Positions 1 through 10,632 of a DNA stretch of 64,000 nt are shown here, piece by piece (within the stretch, counting starts at the first letter, position 1; the number at the start of each line of letters is the position of its first letter). The DNA is from Geobacter sp. (GTDB lineage: Bacteria; Desulfobacterota; Desulfuromonadia; Geobacterales; DSM-12255), in contig WKKR01000008.1 in the NCBI GenBank assembly GCA_009684525.1, positions 23,386 through 87,385 on the forward strand, given 5' to 3'. A program made the translations under genes and the position numbers. Below the pieces are notes generated by a model. That model worked only from the letters and a program-made list of their open reading frames with translations. It had not been told where the DNA came from and searched no databases.

Positions 1-1826
1 TGACCGTTTCCCATCGCCATACCATGGATGCCTATTTCCAGACGTATGTCATGAAGCCGGAGGTGCTCGAACTGCTCAAGGCGGCTGATACCAGCGATGC
101 TGCCCGGAAGAATGTCGTCCGGGCCAAGCTGTACCGCCTGCTCTATCCGACCTACGAGCAGCTCAGCCAGCAGGATATCCGCCAGTTCCATTTCCATACG
201 TCCGACAACCGGTCTTTTCTCCGGTTCCATGCCCCGCACAACAGCGGCGATTCCCTTGCCGACACCAGGCCATCGGTGGTCATGGCCAACTCCAGCCTCA
301 AGCCGGTACATACCTTTGAAACCGGTCGGATCATGGTCGGTTTCCGCAACGTTTTCCCCATCGTCTGGAACGGCAAACACCTGGGGAGTGTGGAATTCAG
401 CCAGCCCTTTGAGGCGATCCGGCGGGAGATGCACACCCTCGATCCCGGCTGTGAATATCTGCTTACCGTACATGACCAGGCAATGCTCCCCAAGTTGTTC
501 GAAGAATACAAAGGGCTCTTTGCGCCGGCACGGTTCAGCCGGGAGTGGCTGGTGGAGGACCCCCAGCGGCAGCTTCCAGACAGCCCGCCGCCACTCTCGC
601 CGTCGGTTCAGGCGGTGTACGAACGGCTGGGGACGTCGAAGGATTTCATGGCGCAACTCGCCAGCGGCAATGCCGGCTCCATTGCGCTCCGGCAGGGGAG
701 CACCGCGGTCCGAGTCACCATGCTGCCTCTCAACGATGCCAAGGGGAGCTCCAAGGCTGTCCTGCTCGCCTTTTCCCGATCTCCTGAACTCGACGAGATA
801 TATTTCGGCCACCGCCTGCATCTGGCCATGTTCAGTGTCATGCTGCTTCTGGTGGGGATCGCATTCTACCTGTTTCTTCGGAGCGTGCAGACTGTACGAA
901 AGCAGGAACAGCATCTGCGGCTGATTGCCGATACCATGGACGACAGCCTCTATGTCATGGACAAGGACGGTACCATCACCTTTGTCAACCAGGCTGCCGC
1001 GCATGTCCTCGGTCTCACCGGCACCGACCTGATGGGCAAGATTGCCCATTATCTATTCCATCACCACGGCTCCGGTGAAAAGACCCCTCTGACCGACTGC
1101 CCGATCTACAAGGTCATCCATGCTGGTGAGCGCTACAAAGGGGAAGAGTGGTTCTGCCGGGCCGACGGCAGCCCCTTCATGGTCGAGGTTGCCAGCCAGC
1201 CGATGCTGCAGGGGCGCAAGGTGATCGGCTCTGTCACGGTCTTCCGTGACATCACCGAGCGGAAACGGCTCGAATCGCAGTTGACCCTGCTCTCGGTAAC
1301 CGACCCACTGACCGGCGCCTTCAATCGCCGGCATTTTCTGCAGGCGCTTGAGGCGGAGCTCCACCGTGCGGATCGTTATGGCACGCCGTTTTCGCTGGTC
1401 ATGCTCGATGTGGACCGTTTCAAACGGGTGAACGACTCCTGTGGCCACGAGGCCGGAGACCGGGTGTTGCAGGAGATGGTGAAGCTGATCAGGGGAAGAA
1501 TCCGCTCGTCAGACATCCTTGCCCGCTGGGGGGGGGAAGAGTTCCTGCTTCTCCTGGTCAACACGCCGCTGGAAGCAGCCGCGACACTGGCGGAAACCCT
1601 GTTGACGGAACTGCGCGGGCATGAGATCGAAGGGGTGGGAACCGTGACGGCAAGCCTCGGGGTGACCTGTCATCTGCCCGAGGATTCGGCTGATACGCTG
1701 CTGATACGTGTCGACCAGTTGATGTACCAGGCAAAAGCCTCCGGTCGGGACTGCATGTGCGTGGCTGCGCACGTGGAGCCCTCGCCGATTCCCGGCAGCC
1801 GCTCGCCGATCGAATGGGCCGAGTAG
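1..1826 (+). CDS. Diguanylate cyclase with periplasmic sensor (Cache-like), TM helix, PAS and GGDEF domains; 5' end probably outside the window
   Basis: GGEEF active site with RSSD I-site five residues upstream; PAS segment (FVNQAA...DGSPFMVEV...FRDITERK); TM helix; frame is open from base 3 to the ATG at 24. Confidence 0.9.
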   Translation, partial: TVSHRHTMDAYFQTYVMKPEVLELLKAADTSDAARKNVVRAKLYRLLYPTYEQLSQQDIRQFHFHTSDNRSFLRFHAPHNSGDSLADTRPSVVMANSSLKPVHTFETGRIMVGFRNVFPIVWNGKHLGSVEFSQPFEAIRREMHTLDPGCEYLLTVHDQAMLPKLFEEYKGLFAPARFSREWLVEDPQRQLPDSPPPLSPSVQAVYERLGTSKDFMAQLASGNAGSIALRQGSTAVRVTMLPLNDAKGSSKAVLLAFSRSPELDEIYFGHRLHLAMFSVMLLLVGIAFYLFLRSVQTVRKQEQHLRLIADTMDDSLYVMDKDGTITFVNQAAAHVLGLTGTDLMGKIAHYLFHHHGSGEKTPLTDCPIYKVIHAGERYKGEEWFCRADGSPFMVEVASQPMLQGRKVIGSVTVFRDITERKRLESQLTLLSVTDPLTGAFNRRHFLQALEAELHRADRYGTPFSLVMLDVDRFKRVNDSCGHEAGDRVLQEMVKLIRGRIRSSDILARWGGEEFLLLLVNTPLEAAATLAETLLTELRGHEIEGVGTVTASLGVTCHLPEDSADTLLIRVDQLMYQAKASGRDCMCVAAHVEPSPIPGSRSPIEWAE

Positions 1827-1842
1827 CGCTGTAACGCCACCG

Positions 1843-1877
1843 CTGCATATCCCTGCCCTTATTTCCCGCTACACTGA
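1843..1877 (+). repeat. 35-bp direct repeat, copy 1 (CTGCATAT-N8-TTATTTCCCGCTACACTGA)
   Basis: 32/35 identical to 3856-3890. Confidence 0.8.
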
Positions 1878-1924
1878 CCCGAAATCAGGACTAGAGCCCG
1901 ACATTTCCAGGCCGATGCTTCTGA

Positions 1925-2680
1925 TTACCCCATACTCTCCACGATCCGCTCGACCGCCTCGAAATAGGCTGCAGCGTTCACCGCCATGATGGTGTTGTGA
2001 TCGCCCCGGTCGAAGATCAGCCGCTCCTTAGGCTCATGAGCCCAGTCATAGAGCCGCTCGGCATGGGAGACGTCGACGAGGTCGTCGTTTCGGGTGTGCA
2101 TGATCAGCACGCGGCCCCGGAACGCCCCGATCTTCTGCTGCTGGTTCAGGTGCCTGTCCACTGCGCTCCTGAGCGAATCCGGCGTTGCGCCGACCTGATA
2201 CGGTTCGACCCGGACCAGAATCCGTTCCAGAGGGTCTGCCAGGCCGCTTTCGACGATCAGCCCTGCCGCCTGCGGGTAGAGGGATGCGCCGTGGACAGCG
2301 TACAACGAGCCGAGCGAACGGCCGAAAAAGATGATCCGTTCCGCAGGGGCTCCGCTCGCTTCGGTTATAAGCCGGACGTCTTCAAGCATGGCGACAAGCC
2401 CCGGCTCGCCGCTCGACATGCCGTATCCCCGGTACTCGGCAAGGAGCAGGTTGGCGCCCATGGCAACGATCCGTTCCTCAAAGTCGTCGAGATAGTCGGC
2501 TACCGTTTCGCCGTTGCCATGGAAGTGGATGATGGTCGGATAGTCGTCCGAAACGTGGCGGTAACGGCAGCCGAGCCGATAGCCGGGGCCGTTTACGAAG
2601 AACGGTTCTGCGAAGCGATTGGGCCAGGGGTAGAAATAGCGGGCCGAGAGAGCGGGATGGTCAAGGATCGGGTCGGTCAT
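1925..2680 (-). CDS. Alpha/beta hydrolase (ABHD/BEM46-like)
   Basis: FHGNGE, EYRGYG, GRSLG nucleophile elbow, HTRNDD and GDHN catalytic Asp/His. Confidence 0.85.
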   Translation of the reverse strand: MTDPILDHPALSARYFYPWPNRFAEPFFVNGPGYRLGCRYRHVSDDYPTIIHFHGNGETVADYLDDFEERIVAMGANLLLAEYRGYGMSSGEPGLVAMLEDVRLITEASGAPAERIIFFGRSLGSLYAVHGASLYPQAAGLIVESGLADPLERILVRVEPYQVGATPDSLRSAVDRHLNQQQKIGAFRGRVLIMHTRNDDLVDVSHAERLYDWAHEPKERLIFDRGDHNTIMAVNAAAYFEAVERIVESMG

Positions 2681-3117
2681 GCGAGCAGCTTGAGCAGCAC
2701 CATGCCGGACTCCTCGTCAAGCTCGCGAATGGCATTCACGTCGAGTATCTCCGTGATGACCGCTTCCAGCACCAGGAAGGTCTCGCTCCCCTCGCGCAGG
2801 CAGCCCGATCTTACGCTATCCCCTTTGGCGAACGCACCGTGGAAGTGCACTTTTGGCTGGTCTCCGTGCCAGAAAACGGTTCCGAACCCTGCCGCTTCGT
2901 GGCTTTCTGCGAGTTCCCGCCAGACCGGCACCGGCGGCATCTCTTCCGACGCCGGGCCGACGACGTAGCGCCCCCTCCTGATGCCGCCGACGATGCTGAA
3001 ACAGGCCGCCCTGATCCCTTCTTTGCGGCAGATATCCGCCAGCCCGGCCAGCAGATCGTCTCCATCGTTGAAGCGGGCAATAACGATTCTGCCCGGTTTC
3101 CCTACCTGGTACTCCAT
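2677..3117 (-). CDS. PPC-domain (DUF296) protein
   Basis: RFNDGDDLL, FSIVGG, VHFHGAF, GCL...FLVLE motifs; ATGA overlap with the hydrolase. Confidence 0.85.
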   Translation of the reverse strand: MEYQVGKPGRIVIARFNDGDDLLAGLADICRKEGIRAACFSIVGGIRRGRYVVGPASEEMPPVPVWRELAESHEAAGFGTVFWHGDQPKVHFHGAFAKGDSVRSGCLREGSETFLVLEAVITEILDVNAIRELDEESGMVLLKLLA

Positions 3118-3177
3118 GGTCTGACCTCTCGCAACAGCGCCTTTCGGGCGGATATGGGGGAGGATCTTCCGATCCCG

Positions 3178-3450
3178 TTACGTGCGTCCGAACCGTTTAC
3201 TCGCTCGATCAATTGCCTTTGCCCTCTCGGTTTCCCGGTCGCGCGGCGGCGCAGCCGTGGTGAGCGAGAAGAGGAGGGTCCGCGCGGCCTCGGCTACCTG
3301 CTCGACAGCCAGGTCGAAGGCAGCCTGGTTGGCTTTTGAAGGGGTGTTGAATCCGCTGAGCTTTCGGACGAACTGCAGCGCGGAGGCGCGAATCTCTTCG
3401 TCCGTAGCCGGCGGGTCGAAGTTGAAGAGGGTCTTGATATTCCGGCACAT
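3178..3450 (-). CDS. DUF2277 family protein
   Basis: MCRNIKTLFNFDPPATDEEIRASALQFVRKLSGF signature; GGAGG RBS before the ATG at 3450. Confidence 0.85.
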   Translation of the reverse strand: MCRNIKTLFNFDPPATDEEIRASALQFVRKLSGFNTPSKANQAAFDLAVEQVAEAARTLLFSLTTAAPPRDRETERAKAIDRASKRFGRT

Positions 3451-3607
3451 GCTTCCTCCGTTCTCCACACTGCCGCAATCCGCGATTCGAGGTGCGTGTC
3501 AATTGTTGAGACCTGATAATCATATAAAAGGCACCTCCCGGCATAACGAGAAGGCAAAGACTTCCTGATATGCTGTCAAAGAGACCAATCTCTAACATCA
3601 GGAGGCG

Positions 3608-3641
3608 CCCCTTTGGTGTGTGTGACCCCTTTGGTGTGTGT
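3608..3641. repeat. Two perfect 16-bp direct repeats (CCCCTTTGGTGTGTGT), 18-bp period
   Basis: Copies at 3608-3623 and 3626-3641. Confidence 0.85.
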
Positions 3642-3682
3642 CTTCAGACGGTCACGCCATTTTACCCCGGTTTCAGGTGGGC

Positions 3683-3778
3683 CATTAGGCACTACCAACG
3701 GTGTACCGCAGGTGCCCGGCAAAATCAAGTTGCAAATCAACTGGTTATGGCATCTATAGTGTAAAGAAATTTTACACT
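3683..3778 (-). promoter_or_regulatory. Conserved ~95-bp module, copy A (palindrome + IHF consensus + sigma70-like promoter)
   Basis: About 90% identical (10 mismatches in 97 nt) to 12695-12791; AGTGTAAA-N5-TTTACACT at 3758-3778; WATCAANNNNTTR at 3735-3747; TTGATT-N17-TACACC on the minus strand. Confidence 0.8.
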
Positions 3779-3855
3779 CTGCCTGCTGCCCTGCCCGAAT
3801 CGAAACAGGGGAAGCCGGCGGAGCGCTGCCGGGCAACTCAGTCTTTCCTCGTTTC

Positions 3856-3890
3856 CTGCATATTCCCGCCATTATTTCCCGCTACACTGA
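3856..3890 (+). repeat. 35-bp direct repeat, copy 2; possibly promoter of the downstream secreted protein
   Basis: 32/35 identical to 1843-1877; contains the -10-like TACACT. Confidence 0.75.
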
Positions 3891-4001
3891 TCCCACATTA
3901 CAGTCTCGGGGTCTGCATCCCCACGGGGGACGCTTGCGTCCGGCCGGAAGAGACCTGCCCCGGACGCAGTGCCAGCACGGCCCGGCAAAAAGGAGAACGT
4001 T

Positions 4002-4295
4002 ATGGTCATACACACGATGAAGCGGTTGGGTATCTTCTGTCTGTTTGCGGCGCTGGTGCCCTGCACCGCGGTTTGGGGCGACAACACCGACATGCAGCAG
4101 AGAAGGGGAGGAGGCCACCGGAAACCGCCCCAGGAGGCATACGATGCCTGCAAAGGGAAAAACGAGGGGACAGCGGTGGAGGTCACTACCCCACGGGGCA
4201 CGATGAAGGCGGTTTGCAAATCGATGGACGGCCAGATGGTGGCCGTTCCCGAAGGTGCACCGCCGCCGCGGGACAATGCGGGCGGACAGCAGTAA
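4002..4295 (+). CDS. Small secreted protein with two Cys (PPQEAYDACKGK...C...VPE type)
   Basis: AGGAG RBS at 3991; signal-peptide-like N-terminus; motif typical of small periplasmic hypothetical proteins. Confidence 0.7.
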   Translation: MVIHTMKRLGIFCLFAALVPCTAVWGDNTDMQQRRGGGHRKPPQEAYDACKGKNEGTAVEVTTPRGTMKAVCKSMDGQMVAVPEGAPPPRDNAGGQQ

Positions 4296-4343
4296 GAGGG
4301 TCTTGTCCTGGAAAGCATGGAGGAGTCGGAAAGGGGCGGCGTC

Positions 4344-4439
4344 ATGAAGCAGCGGGTTATCGCATGTGCAGTGGTGTTGGGGGTGTCGTTGTTCCTGTTG
4401 TTCCTGGTGACCGGTCCGTTGTTCAACTACCTGCTCTGA
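4344..4439 (+). CDS. Putative 31-aa single-TM peptide (MKQRVIACAVVLGVSLFLLFLVTGPLFNYLL)
   Basis: Translated by hand; purine-rich upstream sequence; below ORF-track cutoff; in-frame ATG at 4317 is an alternative start. Confidence 0.35.
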   Translation: MKQRVIACAVVLGVSLFLLFLVTGPLFNYLL

Positions 4440-4527
4440 TACAACGCCCACAGGTTGTCTTAGGGCTTCATATCCTTCGGCGTGGGCCACCCTCGCATGG
4501 CATTACAAGGGGTATATCGTTGAACGA

Positions 4528-5223
4528 TCATTTTGCACCTATTCGTGTCAGGCGGGAGGAAATCTCGGTTTTTAGGGCCGCGAGGGCCGCAGATTTTGCT
4601 GATTTTATAATGCGCTTTTCGTCGATGAAGACAGCGGGTTTGATTTCCTTGGCAGTACCTTCGCTCTCTGCGGACAGGTAAAGGTACTGGTTGCGGACAT
4701 CCCACATCGTGGCATTTGCCATAAAAAGACCATCAGCCTCAGTGCCGGGGATGAAGAAGGGGGTAATCAACAGGAAGTAGGTATAGCCGAGGGCATTATT
4801 GTATCGGTCAATGTCGCTCACCCCGTTGACTATTAACACGGCATCCGCTCCGGCACGAGCCGCTGCAAGGCGGATAGACTGATTGTCGCTTTCCTCGACG
4901 ATCTGGCTACTGATTACGAAAACCTCCGATAGGATACCTTTGCCCTTCAATTCTGCCTCAAGCGACTGCAACGTATCTTTATCTTCACTGAGCCAGTTCC
5001 AGTTATTCCCATAACATGAACCTGTCGACGGTGATACGAAATAGATTGCGAGCGTGAATGGGGAGGGCAGTTGCGGTTTCAGTTCGAGAACTCTCTGTAT
5101 ATCTTCCTCTGTGACCCGTTGCTGGTCGGGAATCTGGCCCCGAAGATTCCCACGGTCAAAACCTCGACTTGAGGCGCATGCTGTCAACATGAGTACGAGC
5201 AAGACTGCCACTACGTTTCGCAT
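4528..5223 (-). CDS. Lipoprotein of unknown function (weak resemblance to rhombotarget-lipoprotein-like proteins)
   Basis: LTAC lipobox; GGGAG RBS; visibly lower GC than flanking genes. Confidence 0.75.
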   Translation of the reverse strand: MRNVVAVLLVLMLTACASSRGFDRGNLRGQIPDQQRVTEEDIQRVLELKPQLPSPFTLAIYFVSPSTGSCYGNNWNWLSEDKDTLQSLEAELKGKGILSEVFVISSQIVEESDNQSIRLAAARAGADAVLIVNGVSDIDRYNNALGYTYFLLITPFFIPGTEADGLFMANATMWDVRNQYLYLSAESEGTAKEIKPAVFIDEKRIIKSAKSAALAALKTEISSRLTRIGAK

Positions 5224-5324
5224 ACGATACTCCCTGATCGATGTTATCGGTCGTTCGCTGATGCCGGGCTTTCAGGTTGCCACCCGGGCAGTCCCAGTGG
5301 CAGAAAAACGAATAGGCCCATCTC

Positions 5325-5438
5325 AGCATGGTACTATCATGGGTGTATCGCATCCTATCGGCTAAATCAAGAGTTAAATCAATTGGTTATGTGGTTTTTC
5401 GTGTAAAGGAATTTTACACGTGTAAAGGAATTTTACAC
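5325..5438 (-). promoter_or_regulatory. Conserved module, copy B, with a tandem duplication of the 19-bp palindrome
   Basis: GTGTAAAGGAATTTTACAC at both 5401-5419 and 5420-5438; IHF consensus 5377-5389; TTGATT-N17-TACACC on the minus strand. Confidence 0.75.
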
Positions 5439-5449
5439 TTTTTCAACGG

Positions 5450-5485
5450 AAAGCCCCCGGTCGCTGGAGCGAACGGAGGGCTTTT
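5450..5485 (-). terminator. Probable intrinsic terminator hairpin downstream of mlaD
   Basis: AAAGCCC-CCG-TCGCT...AGCGA-CGG-GGGCTTTT imperfect stem with A/T tails. Confidence 0.55.
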
Positions 5486-5549
5486 GAGGGTAACGGACCT
5501 GGGGCGAGAGGCTGTGAAGCGCTGCCGGGCAACGATCCGCAGCTTGGGG

Positions 5550-6632
5550 CTAGAAGAGCGAGAATTTCACGTAGCGCTTGGGGTTGTCCTTGATGTCCTT
5601 CACCAGGGCGTTCATGTCGTCCATCACCCGGTTCATCTTGTCGTAGAGCTCTTTGTCGGAGATCAGTTTGCCGGCGGTTCCCTGGCCCTCCTGCAACCGC
5701 GTGGTGACAATCTCCAGCGACGTGAGCGAGGTCTCTGCCCGCTCCATCAGCGACATCCCCTTGTCGTAGAACTCCCGTTCCCCCAAAAGCTTGCCGATGG
5801 TGCCGTCGGTGGAAGTGAGCTTCTTGTTCAGCTGGCGGACGTCGTCGGCGGCCTGGTTGCTCTTGTCCGCCAGCATCACCAGCTTGTCGTAGAGCTGGCG
5901 GTCGCGGATCAGCCGCCCCATGGTGCCGTCGGCCGACTGGATGTCCTTCAGGGTGTTGTCGGCCCGGTCGAGGATGTCGATCAGTTTGTTATATGGTTCG
6001 GGGCTGCGGTTGAGCCTGCCCAGGGTCCCTTCCCCCTGGTTGACCGACTGGGCAAAGATCTTCAGCTCGCCGGTGAGCTTCACCAGGTTGTCGAACAGGA
6101 CCGGGTCCTTGGCGAAACGCCCCAGGGAGCCTTCCCCCTTGTCCACCTTGTCCATGATGCCGTTCAACCGGTCAAAGGCGGAGCCCGCCTTGGCCATGAC
6201 GTCGTCCAGCCGCGCCACCGGCGTCCCCTGGAGCACTGCCAGGGAGGTCTCGGACACGGTCATGCTCGGGGTGATATCCACGTACTTCTCACCCATCAGC
6301 CCCCGGGTCTTGATGGTGATGCGCGAGTCCTTGCCGATCTTCTTCAGCGCCTCCCGCTCCACCTCCAGGACGATCTCCACCTCGTTATTCTCCCGCGGGC
6401 GGGCAAAGTGGATCGACTGCACCAGCCCCACGTCCACTCCGGAGAGCCAGACCGGCGCACCTTCCTTGAGCCCGGCCACGTCATCCATGATGACCCGCAG
6501 CGTCCCCTTGGGGACGAAGAACTTGGTCTTTTCCCCCATGACGATGACCCCGCCGGCAAAGAAGAGCAGGGCCACCACGATGAAGATACCTCCCCGCAGC
6601 TGGGACCAGGAAATATTGTCGCTTCGCTTCAT
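5550..6632 (-). CDS. mlaD: MCE/MlaD family protein with long helical repeat tail
   Basis: N-terminal TM; GLKEGAPVWLSGVDVGLV MCE motif; ITIKTRGLMGEKYVDI; five G(S/T)xG(R/K) repeats. Confidence 0.9.
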   Translation of the reverse strand: MKRSDNISWSQLRGGIFIVVALLFFAGGVIVMGEKTKFFVPKGTLRVIMDDVAGLKEGAPVWLSGVDVGLVQSIHFARPRENNEVEIVLEVEREALKKIGKDSRITIKTRGLMGEKYVDITPSMTVSETSLAVLQGTPVARLDDVMAKAGSAFDRLNGIMDKVDKGEGSLGRFAKDPVLFDNLVKLTGELKIFAQSVNQGEGTLGRLNRSPEPYNKLIDILDRADNTLKDIQSADGTMGRLIRDRQLYDKLVMLADKSNQAADDVRQLNKKLTSTDGTIGKLLGEREFYDKGMSLMERAETSLTSLEIVTTRLQEGQGTAGKLISDKELYDKMNRVMDDMNALVKDIKDNPKRYVKFSLF

Positions 6633-6642
6633 GGCTATGCCT

Positions 6643-7488
6643 TTAGTGTTTGATCGGCCGTTGCCGGGCCAGATGCGTCACGGCCCGCTCGTGCAGGAGA
6701 GGGTCGAGGTTGGTGATCCGGTCGTTGACGAACAGCGACTGCTCCGTCGGGCTGAAGAACTCCCTGATCCCCGGATGGTCGGCGGTCCGCAGTTCCTCCT
6801 CCGAGCCGTCGAAGATCAGTTGCGTGTCGTGCAGGAACGAGAAGCGCTGGGACACGGCAAAGGCCGTGTGCAGGTCGTGTGTCACCATCAGGGTGGTCTT
6901 CCCCTGCCGTTGCAGGGTCTGCATCAGGCTCCGGATGTTGTAGATGCCGATCGGGTCAAGGCCGGTGGTCGGCTCGTCGAAAAAGATATACTCCGGGTCG
7001 GCCGCAATGGCCCTGGCAATGGCGACCCGCTTCTTCATCCCGCCGGAGAGCTCCGCCGGGTAGAGATTGATGGTCTTTTCAAGCCCGACAAAAGAGAGTT
7101 TTTCCAGCACGATCCGCTCGATCTCCTTTTCCGGGAGTTCCCCCTCCTCCAGCAGCCGGTAGCCCACGTTTTCGCCAACGGTCATGGAGTCGAACAGGGC
7201 GCCGTTCTGGAAGACGATGGCGATGTTGCGGCGAAGCCTGGAGAGCTGGCTCTCCCGCAGGCCGGCAATGGACTGGCTGTTGAGGTAGATCTCGCCGGAA
7301 TCGGGCTTCAAGAGCCCGAGCAGCAGCTTCAGGATGGTGGTCTTTCCCACCCCCGATACCCCGAGGATGGTCCGGTTTACCCCTTTTCCCAGGGACATGT
7401 CGAAGTCGGTGATGATCCTCCTTCCACCCACCGAGTAGGTGACCCGTTCCATCCGTATGCAGCTGTTCAGTTCCGTTCCGACATCCAT
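6643..7488 (-). CDS. mlaF: MlaF-type ABC ATPase
   Basis: GVSGVGKT Walker A, LSGGMKKR signature, FFDEPTTGLDP. Confidence 0.9.
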   Translation of the reverse strand: MDVGTELNSCIRMERVTYSVGGRRIITDFDMSLGKGVNRTILGVSGVGKTTILKLLLGLLKPDSGEIYLNSQSIAGLRESQLSRLRRNIAIVFQNGALFDSMTVGENVGYRLLEEGELPEKEIERIVLEKLSFVGLEKTINLYPAELSGGMKKRVAIARAIAADPEYIFFDEPTTGLDPIGIYNIRSLMQTLQRQGKTTLMVTHDLHTAFAVSQRFSFLHDTQLIFDGSEEELRTADHPGIREFFSPTEQSLFVNDRITNLDPLLHERAVTHLARQRPIKH

Positions 7489-7508
7489 TGCGTTGCCTGC
7501 CTCGCGTC

Positions 7509-8275
7509 TCAGCGGAAGACGATGAAGATCTTGGTCATGAAGAAGTCGGTCACCAGGATCAGCACCGACGAGAGCACCACGGCCCGCTTGACCGACGTGC
7601 CGACCCCTTCGGCACCGCCGCGGGTGGAGAGGCCGATGTAGCAGCTGATCATGACGATGATGAAGCCGAAGACCGCCGGTTTGACCACCCCCTCGATCAG
7701 GTCCTGGAAGACCATGAACTGGGGCAGGGACTTGTAGTACATGAGGAGGTTGATGTCGTACCCCATGGCGATCAGGTAGCCGCCTCCCAGGGCCACGGTG
7801 TCGGTGACAATGGTCAAAAGCGGCATCGCCACCAGGGTCGCCTTCAGGCGGGGCGTTACCAGGCGCTTGACCACGTCGGTCCCTTCGACCCGCATGGCAT
7901 CCACCTGCTCGGTGACCACCATGGTCCCCAGCTCTGCGGTGATGGCCGATCCGACCCGGCCCGCCACCATGAGCGACGAGAGGACCGGGCCGAGCTCCTT
8001 GATCATGGTGACCGCCACCATCCCTCCCACGTAGCTGGTGGCGGCGAACGGCCTGAGCTGGATCAGCGCCTGCAGCGCCATGACCATGCCGGTAAAGAGG
8101 CCGGTCAGGCAGATGATGAAGAGGGAGTCGACGCCGATCTTGGCAAACTGGGTGGTGAACTCGCGGTAGTAGAAGGGAGGGGTGAAGCCGCGGAGCACGG
8201 CGCGGGCCGCCAGGGCGAAGAACTCCTGGATCTGCAGCAGCGCCAGCTTAGTGGCACGGTCGAAGATCGCGACGT

Positions 8276-8279
<4 letters not shown>
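7509..8279 (-). CDS. mlaE: MlaE-type ABC permease
   Basis: ELGPVLSSLMVAGRVGSAITAELGTM..TEQVDAM; GAEGVG motif. Confidence 0.92.
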
Positions 8280-10609
<2,330 letters not shown>

Positions 10610-10632
10610 GGGCATAGTGTAAGGGTAGCGGC

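Noticed and set aside
3209-3598. 129-aa minus-strand ORF after the GTT motifs
   Set aside because: Overlaps DUF2277 out of frame, has poor RBS spacing and no recognisable features.
4421-4525. attC site after the lipoprotein (GTTCAAC...GTTGAAC inverted 7-mers, or GTTCAAC...GTTGTAT on the minus strand)
   Set aside because: The interior does not form a convincing attC stem, one arm lies within a probable micro-ORF, and no matching GTTGAAC start precedes the lipoprotein.
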